Source: Eukaryota sp. TZLM1-RC (lineage: Eukaryota > Protista > Metamonada: BaSk clade). Taken from it: a stretch of DNA of 64,000 bases. Below the pieces are notes generated by a model that was given only the letters and a program-made list of their open reading frames with translations, was not told the origin of the DNA and ran no database searches. Positions 61,801-64,000 of the stretch are shown one piece after another (positions within the stretch are counted from its first letter, which is position 1; each line of letters starts with the position of its first letter). The position numbers and the translations under genes were made by a program. The stretch lies in NCBI GenBank assembly GCA_040285825.1, contig JAUPSS010000001.1:744001-808000 (forward strand). The letters run 5' to 3'.

Positions 61801-64000
61801 GAGGAAATCTTGGTTTAATGATAGTCGTCCCATTAGTTATGATTTAATTTAATCAAGTGTGCAAATTCAATAAATATATATATATTTTATCACCATTATC
61901 TTTTTTTCATTTTTTTCTTAATTTCTTCTTTTTAATTCACTATTCAACAGACCCAACTCATCTAATGCACTTGATAATTCATTATTTTTTTACTGTTAAT
62001 TAAGGTGATTTCATCTTTTTAACTCAGTAATGATTGAGTTTAACTGTTCCTTTTCCAGAATTAATTCCTTTTCACTCTCCGAGTTACTACTAATTTTTTT
62101 GCTTTAATTTGATCCAATTCAAGTTCTCTTTCGGATATAACACTACCTAATTTTTTTCTTTTTTCTAGCACAACCAAGTAATAATTTGTTTCTAATCTAA
62201 CCAACGAGTCAGTTTTGAGCTGACAAGTTTTCTGACATTCTGAATATTTCGAAGTGATCTCTTCTAACTGAGACTTAAAATTTTAACACTGTTTCTCAGT
62301 CAAGGTTAAATTTGACCGAAGCTCTTGAATTTGATCGGAAATGTCTTGATTTTGAGCTTCCAAGTCTTGTTTTTCTTCACTAACTTTGTTGAAATTTCGT
62401 TGTAATTTTTCATAAAGTTTTGATAATTCCTGATTTTTGACCGTCATGTCATTTAATTGATTGGTAACGTCAGCAATTTTGACCTTATCAGATTCTACTT
62501 TGGCTTTCAAATGATTAATCTCTTCCTTTAAAAAAATCCAACTTGTCGTTGATTGAGCTCCTTTGATTCAAGCGCAAAGTTTTTAAAATTTTGTTCCAAA
62601 ATTTCGTAATCTGACTTTGACTCTGCAAGACTTTGGGTTAATTCTTCACATTTCTGTTCGAATTCAGCAGACTTCCGTTGAAAACCTTTCAACTTGTCAA
62701 TTTGAGACAAACATAGAAAATATGATAAACTTATTGAAGAGGCTAATGTCGATAGAAATACACAGCTGGTTTTTATTGCTTTCCCATTTTCGATAAATGG
62801 AAGATGATCAGTTGAAGCAGAAACTTTTTTGGATGACTTCCAAAAAATGGTGCAAGAAAAGACAATGAAAGATTTGATATTTTTTTTATGGCGATCACGA
62901 GATTCAATTTGCCATTATTAAAAGATTACCTCGGTTTTTCAATCGAATTAGAGGAGCTTTAGCTAGACAGCAAGCAGATCAGGATTTTGTAGAGGAAATC
63001 TTGGTTCAATGATAGTCGTCCCATTAGTAATGAATTAATTAAATTAAGTGTGCAAATTCAATAAATATATATATATATATATTATCACCATTATCTTTTT
63101 CATTTTTCTTAATTTCTTCTTTTAATTCACTATTCAACAGACCCAACTCATCTAATGCACTTGATAATTCATTATTTTTACTGTTAATTAAGGTGATTTC
63201 ATCTTTTAACTCAGTAATGATTGAGTTTAACTGTTCCTTTTCCAGAATTAATTCCTTTTCACTCTCCGAGTTACTACTAATTTTTGCTTTAATTTGATCC
63301 AATTCAAGTTCTCTTTCGGATATAACACTACCTAATTTTTTTCTTTTTCTAGCACAACCAAGTTATAATTTGTTTCTAATCTAACCAACGAGTCAGTTTT
63401 TGAGCTGACAAGTTTTTCTGACATTCTGAATATTTCGAAGTGATCTCTTCTAACTGAGACTTAAAATTTTTAACACTGTTCCTCAGTCAAGGTTAAATTT
63501 GACCGAAGCTCTTGAATTTGATCGGAAATGTCTTGATTTTGAGCTTCCAAGTCTTGTTTTTCTTCACTAACTTTGTTGAAATTTCGTTGTAATTTTTCAT
63601 AAAGTTTTGATAATTCCTGATTTTTGACCGTCATGTCATTTAATTGATTGGTAACGTCAGCAATTTTGACCTTATCAGATTCTACTTTGGCTTTCAAATG
63701 ATTAATCTCTTCCTTTAAAAAAATCCAACTTGTCGTTGATTGAGCTCCTTTGATTCAAGCGCAAAGTTTTTAAAATTTTGTTCCAAAATTTCGTAATCTG
63801 ACTTGACTCTGCAAGACTTTGGGTTAATTCTTCACATTTCTGTTCGAATTCAGCAGACTTCCGTTGAAAACCTTTCAACTTGTCAATTTGAGACAAACAT
63901 AGAAAATATGATAAACTTATTGAAGAGGCTAATGTCGATAGAAATACACAGCTGGTTTTTATTGCTTTCCCATTTTCGATAAATGGAAGATGATCAGTTG
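55519..64000. repeat. tandem array of a ~1.19-1.21-kb chimeric unit (CRE family C 3' end on + joined to an inverted coiled-coil gene fragment), at least 7 units, continuing past the window end
   Basis: AAACATAGAAAA unit start at about 55519, 56729, 57916, 59123, 60327, 61519, 62709 and 63894. Confidence 0.95.

Noticed and set aside
56313-63896. Many short ORFs in the terminal array
   Set aside because: Frameshifted fragments of the repeated retroelement tail and coiled-coil piece

Overview
AT-rich, apparently intron-free eukaryotic (protist-like) DNA. It is a heavily rearranged, repeat-rich region built from segmental duplications of a few gene cassettes and littered with CRE-like (RT + restriction-like endonuclease, RLE) non-LTR retrotransposons. 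Host genes: three copies of a kinase / coiled-coil / 28-aa LRR gene (two with an N-terminal RING and a non-RD kinase) whose LRR arrays are hypervariable; one near-complete Piezo channel plus two partial copies; a bacterial-type PARG (DUF2263/TIGR02452) with about six C-terminal PBZ-like zinc fingers (2 copies); a Firmicutes YhfI-like MBL-fold hydrolase (3 copies); and an alpha/beta hydrolase. Mobile elements: a Fanzor1-like (eukaryotic TnpB) RuvC nuclease reading frame at 21544-23373 with three in-frame stops, followed by a structured candidate omegaRNA, with a near-intact CRE-like element (12-bp TSD) inserted immediately downstream at the expected guide position; two Fanzor2/TnpB N-terminal remnants; a ~505-bp MITE-like element (3 copies); a tRNA-derived Pol III/SINE-like RNA; and a ~1.2-kb chimeric tandem array filling the last 8.5 kb. 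Many frameshifts fall in homopolymer runs and may be long-read consensus errors. All assignments come from manual motif recognition; no searches were run.
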